64,000 bases of DNA from Octopus sinensis (Eukaryota), in NCBI RefSeq assembly GCF_006345805.1, contig NC_043004.1:8184001-8248000 (forward strand), read 5' to 3'. Below are positions 12,601 to 25,457 of the stretch, piece after piece; the stretch's first letter is position 1, and every line of letters begins with the position of its first letter. A program made the translations under genes and the position numbers. The notes below the pieces were generated by a model. It saw only the letters and a program-made list of their open reading frames with translations, made no database searches and was not told where the DNA came from.

Positions 12601-12914
12601 TAGAGTCTGGCTTCAAAAATGACTATCATCCTTTTCTTATAAAAGTCAACGCACATGCACGCACACGCACACACTCACACACACACACAGTCTCTATCAA
12701 ACACACACAGACACATATCTGTTGAGGGTAATACAATAATTCAAATTAATGTGGAAACGCCTCAACGCCATTTCTTTCTGACAAATCCTCCTACTTGAAG
12801 AGAGCAATGGCGATATTTAGTGTTGACTTTAACAATAAACAATTGCTTTTGAGGGGAATCCGGAGCCGATAAATAAATAAAATAAAGAAATGGAATCCAA
12901 AATTCAAGATAAAC

Positions 12915-13240
12915 AAAAGTGCATGCAATAACGAGAAGTATTTCAACATCCGGTCAAATCCTTCAGTTTTTACAAGGACATCCGAAGAGGAAACGTGTAC
13001 CTAGGGCTTTCCGTTCCTCTTTTTTGCGAATATGATATTATCGCCCATTTATTCTGCTTTGTCTGGATCCAGTGATAACAATAGATGACATTGAAGGCGG
13101 CAGAACCTCTCGAAACATCTCGAGATTGGAGTCACATATATGTGTATGACGTAAAGCCCGAGGATGTCGCTCTTTGCCAGCCAAATTTTCACAATTTAGA
13201 GTTCCATAAAACTTGTTGACTCACCATATTTCACATTCTT
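12915..13240. repeat. Second copy of unknown diverged repeat
   Basis: Collinear with 10520-10860. Confidence 0.6.
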
Positions 13241-13419
13241 TTCTCTTATCTTTTTCTTTTTTCTTTCTTTAACCCTTTCGCTTTGACTGACTTTTGAAAA
13301 AAAGTATTTGCCTATCGATTTTTGTTTAATTCATACATATTCACAATAGCTTCAGAATACACACACACACATACACACACATACGTATACATATATATAT
13401 GTATATATATGTGCATATA

Positions 13420-13488
<69 letters not shown>

Positions 13489-13785
13489 CCTATACACACA
13501 CATACACACATATATACATACATTCATATATATATATGTATGTATGTACATACACAGACCCCATCATAATATATATATATATTATATATAATATATATAT
13601 ATATATAGCGAATAAGAAAGTGGAGTGGCTACAAACTCGACAGACATCAGCTGGTAAACATTCTAGTATGTCTAATTATTACAATGCATTAGATGAATAC
13701 ATACACATATACTAGTTGTACAGAAATGAGCAAATAAGCAAATGAGTAAATGAGCAAATGAGCAGATTGTTAGGAGGTGCTAGTT

Positions 13786-13908
13786 CCTTACGGCTGTTTC
13801 TGCCAAGAGGCAACTAGATCATCCAGGTTATCGGCATCTCTTTATTGTCCATTAGGGATGTGCAAATAAGGCTTGGATGATGAATATGCCTCTAGGTTTC
13901 TTCAGAGG
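13786..13908 (-). ncRNA. Type-I hammerhead with a very long (~98 nt) stem II
   Basis: Minus strand: CCT-CTGAAGA-[cctagaggca/tgcctcttgg; atcatcca/tggatgat; inner stem]-GAAAC AGCC GTA-AGG. Confidence 0.65.
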
Positions 13909-14094
13909 GTCTAAGTGGTTGGGGTGGGTGGCTAATACATATAAGAAACAGTTAGTAATAGGTACTGTGTGTTTGTCTTTTTAAGAAAGAGCAGAAAAAG
14001 AATAGGGACAAGAATAAGAAAAAAAAACATGAGGATGTGAGTGAAGTACATCTTAGTATAATAGTTTGGGTTTGGCAAAAGAAAATAAGATACA

Positions 14095-14305
14095 GACTTC
14101 CCTTGATGTATTTCGACAATTGAAGAGGTTGCAAAACGTAATGAACATTTTAGTAAAAATAAGTAAATACGTGGAAATCAGACCGGAAAGTGTGTTAAAT
14201 TTATAAGACACTAAAAGAGAATGACTCTCCCCAGACACAATAATATATTCTTCAACACATGAATTCACATTAAGAATCTTTCAACGAAATACAAAAACGA
14301 AATAT
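14095..14305 (+). mobile_element. Degenerate copy of the 4190-4446 repeat
   Basis: Shares gaatgactctccccagacacaa...ttcaacac; HHR core decayed (TTGAAGA...GAAC). Confidence 0.7.
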
Positions 14306-14319
14306 ACATATACACTTAG

Positions 14320-14735
14320 ATACTTAGATAAACTTTCGCCAGTAATGGGCCAGGCCATGTTTACCTTAATAGTACCACATGGAAAAGACATTTAGTGTTT
14401 CATATGAGTCATTCTTTGGGCACCATAGCCCATTCGAGTAGAGAAATTTTTATTTGCAGTGACATATCCGGAGGTAGGTTGTTTACCTGGAAATCGTTGG
14501 AGATATTCGTCCAGGAACCGTTTAAATATTAGGGTACCTTTTCCTTCTCTTATGTGTCTTGGTATGATGTTAAAGAGAGTTGAACCAGTTGAGATGAATG
14601 TGTTCTGTCTGAATGTTGAGATGTGGTGCGAACATGACTTTTGACTTTTGTAGAGGACGGATAGCACGGGGACCAGGCCTCGGGTACATATTAAAGTGGA
14701 TCCCAGTTCTGTGTATCACCTTCAAGACGTCACAT
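14320..14735 (-). mobile_element. CR1/L2-group LINE 3' fragment
   Basis: STGSTLFNIIPRHIRE...FKRFLDEYLQRFP resembles the C-terminus of the 6.1-6.8 kb LINE; ends in repeated tatctaag. Confidence 0.7.
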
Positions 14736-15949
14736 AAGACAATAGATTTTGGAGAATTTAGGAGCAATTTGCATTGTTTTGGGTTGCCTCGTGAAAGATC
14801 GTTCGCTAGATACTCAGTTGGGTTGTTATTTGCTTCAGAATTGGCTGGTATTTCTTTCAGAAGTGGTCGTAGCGGCTCGTAGAGATATATGCCCATGTAT
14901 AGAGATATATCTGCATAAATAAACAAAGTATGATGGGAAGACGATTTGTCTGCTGTTGAGAACATGTTGAAATATCACATGGAGGCTACGGAAACAGAAG
15001 ACATTAAGATTTAAGCTGAAGGCAAAATGGCGAACGTTCTAAATCAGAGGTGAGTCTCCAGTGTTGGTTCGTATATATATGAATATGTGTGTGTGCATGT
15101 GTGTGTGTGTTTGTGTGTTTGTGTGTGTTTGTATGTTTGTGTGAGTTTGTGTATGTGTTTAGGTATACACACTCACACACATACTCACATACACGCACTC
15201 ACACACACACACACACCGAATGCTGATGCAGTTCTGTGTATCTCCTTCAAGATGTGTCATTCTTGATATACCGCTGGATAAAGTAGTACATCCAGAATAC
15301 GACAACTGGCGAAAGGGCGTCTATATCTGTTGCTCACTGTTAGATAAGGGCTTAAAATAATTTGCCAATGCATGGCGTACGTAACTGAGACATACTCGCT
15401 CGCGAGTGACGCCTGGTTGTACAATAATATGTAATGAAACAGCGTATCATTAACTATTAGTAATCAGTTGATTAACAGACTGATTCGTCTATGAATTCTT
15501 GATAAATGTAAACCATATGACTCATTGAATTTCTTTTCTTTCCTACTTCGTCTATATTCGAGAATACACACGCACACACAAACACATACGTATACACAGA
15601 CGGACACACATGAATCTTATGTATTTATGTATGCACGAAAGTGTGTATATATATGTATCGGTATAAATACATGCAGACACACACACTCTCGTATATCTAG
15701 GAGTGTCTTGTTGTATACCTAACCTAATACACATGCATGTCTACAGCCATGTAACTTGTAAATGCAGAACATATTTCTCCAGTAAAACTGTACACCATTG
15801 CTAAGCCTCTGAGTATTAATTGTATGTTATGAAATACAGAGACCACCACCACTAAAATAGCAAAACAGCAACCATAAAAAAAACAACAGCAGCATCAATA
15901 ACAATGTCAACAACAAACAATTTTAACAACAACCGCTTCTGCTGCTTTT

Positions 15950-15971
15950 GCTGCTGCTGCTGCTGCTGCTG

Positions 15972-16056
<85 letters not shown>
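15950..16056. repeat. (GCT)n(ACT)n microsatellite
   Basis: Directly visible. Confidence 0.9.
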
Positions 16057-16058
<2 letters not shown>

Positions 16059-17537
16059 CGCAAATCTTTACATATAGACACTTACACAAGCTAACACACA
16101 CACACACACACGTAAATTCATCCAACGTGATGCCTTTAGGGAGGAAAGATTTCTACAATAGAAGGTTATGTCAACAGAACAGTTTCGAAGCCGAAACGGG
16201 GATTATAATGACTTGTTTTCAACACTATACACTTCTCGCTCTTTCCATTTGTGTGAAAAGACAATCACTTCTGCTATCTCTGTCTCTGTCTCGCAGTAAT
16301 TTTTCTTTGCGTTTCGCAACAGAAATGAAACGGAAACTCGAATTTCAAACCCGAATTCTTACAATATAAGTGATAAATTTATAGGTTATCAGGCTCTCTA
16401 AAGAGCAATTGAAATAATTTTAGATATGTTTAGGGGAATTTAAAAAAAAATGTTAGTTACAACATACAACAGTCACATACATAGAGGTAGCTTGGGTGTG
16501 TCTCAATCGGTTCAAACGAACCTCTTAGCAGATTCATTCAACTAGAATTATTATCGAGGCGCAAGCATGGCTTTATAAGCGCGAGCATGGCTTCATAGGC
16601 GCAGACATGGCTATGTAGTTAAAAAACTTGCTTTACAGCATACGAAGGTACATGTTGAATTGCTTTTCATGTGCATCTGTGTGCAAGCGTACGTGTGTTT
16701 GCATGTATATATGTGTATATATGCATTTGAGTAGTTGATTCGCAAAGTCGTCAGAGTGTTATTTAAATTGTGAATCTTTTGGTTTCCGGTTGAAATACCA
16801 CTAAATTTAACACTGCCATTCATCGTTTCAGGCTTGATAAAATAAAACGCCAACCAATGTTCAATTTGTTCTGTGGATTTTAGTGTCTTCGAGGCTTCTT
16901 CATGCAATGGGATTGCAACTGAGATTCCTTTAGTTTTGGGGACAGATGAAAATGTACAAGTCTTAAGGCAACATCTTTCGAATACTTCGATTACTTGAAC
17001 ATTTTTTTTAATGAAAGCCAGGCTGTTTGATTGATACTGATGTGGACGATTGGCCGCGACAGTTTGAGCGCTGGTAATTTGATACGGCTGACTGGATATT
17101 CAGCCTGTTTTGGCGATGGAGGGAAACACACACACACACATACATGCGCATGTGGGCGCAGATATATACACATACAAATAAAGAGTAAGAGAGGGAGGGA
17201 AGGCGAGAGAAGGAGGGAGACTATATTATCTATTCATTAAGCACGATTGACATAAATACTCTCCTTTTCCTCATACACACACATAAGGAGAGAGAGTGAG
17301 AGAGAGAGAGAGAGAATGAGAGAAACATTAAAATGTCTGATGTCAAATAAGTCAGCGTCGAATCAATGACACCAAATGGGCGGCGCCAAAACGTCGCATC
17401 CCTACGAATATTGCCGTACTAAGGACAGAAGGCAGTAAAAGCAAAAGAACATAAAAATTGCTTAGTTACTTAATTTTAGTATGAGTTCAACTCCTGCTAA
17501 CGTTGGGTTTATCTTCCATTCTCACAAAGTTCTTAAA

Positions 17538-17910
17538 ATATTCTTTTCTACTCTATGCACAAGGCTCGAAAATTTTGGGGAGGAGTTAGTCGATTAGATC
17601 GACCCCAGTACGCAACTGGTACTTAATTTATTGACCCCGGAAGGATGAAAGGCAAAGTAAACCTCAGCGGAATTTGAACTCAGGACGTAAAGACAGACGA
17701 AATACCTGTTTCTTTACTACCCACAAGTGGCTAAGCACAGAGAGGACAAACAAGGACAGACAAACGGATTAAGTCGATTATATCGACCCCAGTACATAAC
17801 TGGTACTTATTTAATCGACGCCGAAAGGATGAAAGGCAAAATCGACCTCAGCGGAATTTGAACTCAGAACGTAGCGGCAGACGAAATACCACCAAGCATT
17901 TCGCCGCCTT
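17538..17910 (-). mobile_element. tRNA-derived SINE family A with duplicated internal module
   Basis: Two tandem ...aaggatgaaaggcaaa.t..acctcagcggaatttgaactcag modules; core resembles the MetaSINE-type domain (from memory, unverified). Confidence 0.85.
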
Positions 17911-18704
17911 AAGTTAGGTATTAATGTTAGTAAAAGCAATGACTACTCCAATTCTTCAATTTTTCGATATCTAAACATTCAGCATAACACAAAGATATCT
18001 TTTTTCTTCCTAAATCTGGAAATTTAAATAATTCTTTATAAAGATTCGGTGGATTAATATATCTTCGCACTTACACTCCATAAACCAGTTATAGTATGTT
18101 TGAATAATCATTGGCAAGCATCTTGCGCACACTCCCCCTCCCCACCATCTTGTAGTTCCAACAGACAAAAATGATCCAGTTTCCAGTAATGGCTAAGATA
18201 AAAGTGAAATATAAGTATGCAACATTTTTTTTCATCCCCTGAATCAGAACAGCACTTTGTCCCCCTGGTATTTTAAACTATAATCTGATATTTTAGAACC
18301 ATCTAAATGGCTGTTCTTGATGGTTTGTAACAGTATCTGAGGTTGGTAAATAGTTTCAAGAAAACATTAAAAAAACAAAAAATTTGTAAATAAAAAAAGA
18401 ATAAGATAAACCAGAAAACATGAAATAAAAATAAAGATGTAAAAAAAAAACTAAGCGCAACTGGAATATTATTTGTTTCCTCAAGGAGCCATAACGAACT
18501 CCTAACCACCTCAAACGTGCTTTATCAATCGAGTTCCTACTGGAATGGTTACGTTATCAAGTGAGCATCTCGTTTCTTATGAGTGATTAATTACGACGCA
18601 TGTGGCCAGAGCAGTTTTGAATGATTTTCTAAAGGGAATCTTACAACAGCTGTGGCTTCGAGGAACAGAAACATCCATTCTCATTAATATTATTAAAGAA
18701 AATT

Positions 18705-18885
18705 GCAAACTGTGGACATTGTATTGGCTTCATCCTCTCTTTTCTTCATAATTGGAGTGGATAGTATGCTTTTGGGGTAGTTGTTGCTTAATAGATTGTT
18801 ACTGAGATTGATCATTTCTTCGTGGTGTGTATCACGATCGCTACTTATATTCTTTCCTCGATGTTTTAGGCACTGAGTAATACCC
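18705..18885 (-). pseudogene. Inverted PLE RT-thumb/linker segment
   Basis: Minus strand reads GITQCLKHRGKNISSDRDTHHEEMINLSNNLLSNNYPKSIL...MSTVC, the region that normally precedes xPYVKG. Confidence 0.75.
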
Positions 18886-19377
18886 TATGTGAAAGGCCTC
18901 TCCGAAAAGATACAAAATATATGCGGCCTATATGACATCAGGACAGTATTCAAGAGTAATACAACACTTCGCAAATATCTCCTTCAAGTAAAAGCACCAA
19001 TAGAAGAGAATATGACCAAAGACTGCGTGTACTCCATCCCATGCAACTGTGGTAGGTTATACAAAGGCGAAATATGCCGCACCCTCAAAATAAGGGTAGA
19101 GGAACACCGCAAAGCTGTGACACGAGGAGATATTGATAAATTGGGTATAGCTGATCATGTATGGAAAAATGGAGACTACTTCCCACTGTGGGATGAAGTT
19201 AAAATAATAGACAAAGAGCACCACTGGAAAATACGAAAGCTAAAAGAAGCAGCACATATGCTAGAACACAACAACTTCCTAAGCAGACCGAGCGCAGATA
19301 TGAACAGCATATGGGAACCGGTATTAAGGAAAGATAGGAAAATATTAGATTTATACGCCCTAATAAACACTGTATAA
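18880..19377 (+). CDS. PLE GIY-YIG endonuclease domain (5'-truncated, open frame)
   Basis: PYVKGLSEKI...CVYSIPCNCGRLYKGEICRTLKIRVEEH...GIADHVW...RKLKEAAHM. Confidence 0.9.
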   Translation: MPYVKGLSEKIQNICGLYDIRTVFKSNTTLRKYLLQVKAPIEENMTKDCVYSIPCNCGRLYKGEICRTLKIRVEEHRKAVTRGDIDKLGIADHVWKNGDYFPLWDEVKIIDKEHHWKIRKLKEAAHMLEHNNFLSRPSADMNSIWEPVLRKDRKILDLYALINTV

Positions 19378-19625
19378 TTGCTCGCGGGCCCATGGCGTAG
19401 TGGTTAAGACCACGGGCTATTAACCGCAAGATACCGAGTTCGATTCTAGGCAGTGACTTGAATAATAATAATAATAATAGCATCGAAAAATACATTAGGA
19501 ATGAGAACCCAGAAATTTCTAACTTCCCTATGATACCCGATAAAGGCTGGAGGGTATATCAGCCGAAACGTTGTGTTAAAAACAAACAAGATGACAAATA
19601 TCCGTCAAATGTAAATAATGTAACG
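19378..19625 (+). mobile_element. PLE 3' UTR/pLTR with tRNA-derived segment (19386-19458) and hammerhead relic (19533-19576)
   Basis: A box TGGCGTAGTGG, B box GAGTTCGATTC; ATAC-CCGATAA-A-GGCTG..CAGCC-GAAACGTT-GTGT; 3' part repeated at 51231-51307. Confidence 0.7.
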
Positions 19626-20580
19626 TATTATTCTTTGACTTGTCTAATATTCTTAATCCGTCCAGGCAGATTCGAAAGCTGTTGTGCTTCGTCACAAGGA
19701 AACAACTCCTTTACAACACAGAATTCATTACCTTAAAGGATTCTGGTGTTTTGAAATAGTTGAGTCTTGTCAGCTAGAATCATTTCAGACCAAGGAATTT
19801 AACAATCGGTGTTGTTAAATCGCCTAATGCACTGTGAACAGCAAGAATCAAAACGGTGACTTGCATATTTAATCTTCATACATTCTGATATTATTTTCTC
19901 AAATTTCTGTTTCCTATCAGTTGTATTGAATTCGAGAAGTAGTGTGCACGAACCTAATGATACAAAGAATTCAAAAGTTATTTACTCTAGAATAATTCCT
20001 TTGACGAAGGATTTGTTGTAAAAGAACAAACAGTTGGAACTGCAGTTTCACCATGCTATCTGTCATTTCTGGAGTTATTTCTTGATAAGAATCAGTTTTG
20101 TCTTTTTTTCAGCCAAGTATCAACGGCCAATAACACAAAATGTGAACATTTAAACATATTATATTTATTTCAATAACATTCGCCATCCTCCCTTTACCAA
20201 GAGCTGTGTAATATAACAATTCTGAATATGTTTTAATTTTGACACTGGTTATCTAGTTCCATTCTAGCGCTTTAATTAGAAATGCGTCTTTGGGTAACTT
20301 GCTGAAGCTGTGAAGAGAAAGATAAGCTTCGGGCAAAACAGGTCTACAAAAGAAGTTTAGTTCCTAATTCTAGCCATTTCACTTTGCTCGTGTCACTACT
20401 AACCTCATTACGTATATAAACACGGTACATACATGCATACACACACGCATATACATACATACATACACACATATATACATACGCATATATATGTTTACAC
20501 GTGTATATTTATACATACATAATTACATTCACGCCCTTAAAGATGATAATGCTTTCGCCCTAATATACATACCAGCATAT

Positions 20581-20614
<34 letters not shown>

Positions 20615-20716
20615 CGTCTGTAGATTATTAGAAATATTTACATTTATAAAAGATAAACATAACTAATTATCAGAAGAGGTAAACTGTGTAGAATGTGGGG
20701 TATACACACACACACA

Positions 20717-20753
<37 letters not shown>

Positions 20754-21044
20754 CATACATATCTGAAGGTTAACTTTACTCCAAGTATCTTCAACACTGC
20801 TTTGTTTCTTAACTGGCCACTGATGACAGAGACGAGACATTCGTTCTTTTCAACAGAGTCTGACACTTTGAGAGCTCCATGTACTCAGGTTGACCTCACT
20901 AATAACTGACAAACACTCAAACAGAATCCAACTGGTTGTGCAGACCTCACCACTCACATGCACACACATATATACACCCATGTATACATACAGACATATA
21001 TGCATACTTACAGAGAAATAGCTCGCACACATATAATATACAAT

Positions 21045-21084
<40 letters not shown>

Positions 21085-21684
21085 TATATTAAATTAGAGA
21101 CAAAACCACTATTAGGCAAATCAAACAATGAAAGACTTAAGCCAATACATAAATTAATTTATATTATTTAAATATGTAACAATTATTAAAAAATATAATT
21201 ATAATTAATTATAATTAATATCCACTATTAATATATATATATATTGGTAAAAACGGTAAGATAACAAAAGAAAGAAAGAGACCTCAATATTATGTAAATA
21301 GAGGAATTTATCTGTAAAATAAAATTTCGGGCCTTGCGCCTAGAGTAGAAAAGAATATAGTCACAAATACATACACATATACATTTATTTACAGAGGTAT
21401 ATAAGTACGTGTATGCATTTGTATATATGTGTGTGTGTGTATGTGAGTGTGCGTGCGTGCGTGGTTCTAGAAGCGAAAAACCATTTTTCGAGGGAAAGAC
21501 TGCGTAAATTCAATCAGTAAATAAGAAACAAGACAAATGTCAAATATATTCAATTCATTTCCTGATGATGAAACTGTGAAGGTTTGGAAACCTTAGATAC
21601 TTTACTGTTCCAAACCGACTCTAAAAAGAAAATATGAAAAATATATATTTTTTTAACCCAGTGAATTTATAATTATTTTCCGTG

Positions 21685-21861
21685 GAGGAAGGGGGCCAGT
21701 CGACTTGATCGGCCCCAGGACACAACTGGTACTTAATTTATTGACCCCGAAAGGATGACAGACAAAGTCGACCTCGGCGGAATTTGAACTCAGAAAGTAG
21801 CGGCAGACGAAATACCGCTAAGCATTTCGCCCGGCTAAAGATTCGGCCAGCTAGTCGCCTT
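21685..21861 (-). mobile_element. SINE family A copy
   Basis: gtcgacctcggcggaatttgaactcagaa.gtagcggcagacgaaatacc. Confidence 0.85.
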
Positions 21862-22197
21862 ATTTGTGACTATATTGTATTGATGGATCCAAGCGGATGT
21901 GCCTAAGTACACCTGAGTGCTAATATATTGCGTACGTGTAAACACTTGTGCTTGAGCTTTATTTAGAAATAGTTTATTTTGTAGGAAATACAGGAACTTT
22001 CGTTTTTGTAATCGTTTATTCGCGTCTAGTGACACTTCACTCTTTGTCGTGATAAAGGCGACACTCCTCGCCTTAGACAAGGCGATGGGTGTCACCTTTT
22101 TAAGTTTTAAGTGATCAGGAAAGGATTGTGAAACTCGGAATGACAACAAAGAAATCTTAGTAATACCACTTGTTTGTAAAATAAAAAGAATTTTATT

Positions 22198-22234
22198 TAT
22201 CTATCTATCTATCTATCTATCTATTATATCTATA

Positions 22235-22333
<99 letters not shown>

Positions 22334-22350
22334 GTGTGTGTGTGTGTGTG
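22198..22350. repeat. (ATCT)n(GT)n microsatellite
   Basis: Directly visible. Confidence 0.9.
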
Positions 22351-23202
22351 CGTGAGCTATCAACATGATAGTAACTCACAGCCAATCTCTCAATAAATGT
22401 TTTGAATTCGGCAGTAAATTAAATTAAATTATATATAGAGAGATAACAAATATTGTATAAATCAATGTGTATATATACACAAACAATCACCCACTTACTC
22501 ACACACACACACACACACACACACATACATATAACATAGTTTTATTTGTTAAAAAAAGCGAAAGAAAAAAAAACAAAACCAAATAATATCCATCTCTCAT
22601 TTTTGCCGCACTCCTTCGAATTTATTTTCTTCCCAAACCAAACACTGAAGTTCCTTGTCTCACAGTGCGATTGTCTTTTCTTTATCAGTGATGGATAACT
22701 TCATACAAATATAAAACAACAAAACAACAATCTAAGCGTTTCCATTCAAATATGGCAGCTAGACTGAAATTTAATGAGAAAAAGTGAAAAGAAGAACAGA
22801 AATAATACTGCCGTCATGTACTAAATGGCCGGGCATTGCTGTTAGACTGAATTACTATTTTGTGTGATGCCTGAGGTTTTCCCGACCTCCTTCTAGATAA
22901 CATTTTACGAATACAAATCGAGTTTTATTAACGCATATGTATACGCATACTTAACATTTATGTGTGTATATATGTATAGGTATGTCTGGATATCTGCGCG
23001 AGCGCGTGTGCTTGTAATACAAATTTACAGGCTAAGATGTACCCATAAATGGAGGTGCTGTATGGCAACAGCCTGAAGGTTGAAGCCACCAGGAGAGCAA
23101 AGGGCTTAAGAACCAAAGTGTATACCCCTCCCGAAACACACAACACAACAGCCACGAATACACATATACAAACATCTGCATATATATATATGTGTGTGTG
23201 TG

Positions 23203-23256
<54 letters not shown>

Positions 23257-24723
23257 TATATATATATATATATTATACATATATATACATATACAATATA
23301 TGTATATATATATAATATATATATACATATATATATATACATATACATATATATGTATATATATATAATATATATATACATATATATATATCATATACAT
23401 ATATATGTATATATATATAAATATAATACATACATATATATATATTTCATATATATATATAATAATATATATATATATACACATCGAGAAAGGGAGAGAA
23501 ACGACAAAGAGAGAGGAGAAAAGAGAGACAGAGATTTATACGATAAACCACCCGCATTGACCCACACTCATACACACACACACACGTGTATACATATCTA
23601 TATTCACGAGTGTGTGTGTGTGTGCGCAGCGCGAGTTTAAACACGTTTCGTTTACTACGCAGCCATATTTCATTTTGATAAGCTTGATGTTTCTGGATGT
23701 CTTGTGCCTCTGTTTTGCGTTGTACTTCTTACTTTCTGGAATTGGAACATAGAAATACGTCTGCTATATCTTGTATTTGCTTTGATTTCTTTACCTCAGT
23801 GCAATATTTCTTATGTTATATCAAATACAATGATTTCTTTCATTTTCGCAAAGATTGAGATTCGTAAAATGATTTAAGGCCGTGATACGAGAAGTTGAAC
23901 CATTCAGTCATTTATTACAAACATAAGAAAGAGAATTCAGTTTGCAAGAAATCTCTCAAGACAAATATAAAATAGAATAAATAAATGAAAACAAAAACAC
24001 GCAAAATAAAAGGGAAATGAACGCAATCGAATCTGGTGAGTTGTTGGTTGGCATGGAAACTCACTATAAATGGTCATCCGATTTTTGTTTTTTTTCAAGT
24101 TAGAAATTATCTGCCATCTGAAAATACTGTGCGTCTCACACGGTTGAAATAATATTTTAATTGAGCTTACGCACAAAATCACCAGCCAACGGCAGGCTCT
24201 CTTTGCGGTCGTTTGATCTACTTGAAGTAACAGTTAAATATTTCTTTAATCACAACGTATAATCATAAAGACAAACATATTGAACACTTCGATTGACAGA
24301 CGTTTCACGAGATCAAAGTTCTAAAACCGAAGTTCTAAAACATTGCTTTTGCGGAGCTTCTGTCTTGTGAACTGTAAGGCTTTAGGAGGGGCTGGAGAGT
24401 TATTTGGTTGCTTCTTCGGGCCTGTCAAGCGACCTCATTGGTTTCTAATTTCCTTGTATGCGTGTGTATATCATTTTTTAGTTTTATTTCAAGATTTCAA
24501 GCCAATAGAGAAAGAACCGGTTTCTAACCTACGTCCACACAAGTTTCATTCATCATTTAAAACCGTCGCCGTAAGGAAGAGAAAAGAAAACAGCTTCTAT
24601 GTTGATGCAATAAAGTTTAAAGTTCCTTCGAATAATTTTTGCCAAAGATAAATGTGTTCTCCCCTCCCTTCACTCTCGCTCTCTCTCTATACCTCTCTAT
24701 GTATCTGTCAGTTTGTCTGTCTG

Positions 24724-24766
<43 letters not shown>

Positions 24767-24779
24767 ATCTATCTATCTA

Positions 24780-24836
<57 letters not shown>

Positions 24837-24909
24837 CTATCTATCTATCTATCTATCTATCTACCTATTTGTCTATCTATCTACATTCCAGAATTATTTA
24901 GACTACTCG

Positions 24910-25110
24910 AACTTCCTTACAGCCTCCTTCATCGATAAAACGACGGACCCTGAGATTCTTCGTCAAATTGGGAACATAACCAAAAGTCATGGCGAGCAAG
25001 GTCTGGACTGTAGAGAGGATGAGGCAGAGTTTTGATGCCAGTCTCTTTCAAGTGATTGGTTACCAGGATGGGGTGGAATTGTAACAAGCGGTGTTTATAG
25101 GGTGTGTTCA
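24910..25110 (-). mobile_element. mariner transposase fragment
   Basis: ILVTNHLKETGIKTLPHPLYSPDLARHDFWL matches the mariner HPPYSPDLAPxDFxLF motif. Confidence 0.85.
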
Positions 25111-25173
25111 AAGGGCTGTTACAGCCGTCTCCTCCAATCTGCATGAACATAATTTGGCAGGTCAGCTTAGTAG

Positions 25174-25457
25174 ATGTGTTGTTTATTTCTTTCTCGAGCC
25201 ATGCCTGGCTCAGAAGGGCCGGTTTCCCGGTTTCATTGGTTCCCCACCTGGACGGGACGCCAGTCCGTCATAGGTGAGCTGCTAGATGCAGGAAAAAAGA
25301 GTGAGAGAAAGTTGTGGCGAAAGAGTCAGCAGAAGTTCGCCATTACCTTCTGCCAGAGCCGCGTGTTTAGCTCAGAAACACACACATCCCCTGGTCTGAG
25401 ATTCGAACCGACGATCTCTCGAGTCCGCTGCTCTAACCATTAGGCCATATGCCTCCA
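25174..25457 (-). mobile_element. tRNA-derived SINE family D
   Basis: Head tggcctaatggttagagc...ggttcgaatc; body ggactggcgtcccgtccagg reminiscent of V-SINE-type bodies; A-rich tail. Confidence 0.75.

Noticed and set aside
19386-19458. Functional tRNA gene
   Set aside because: Acceptor stem does not pair; treated as tRNA-derived
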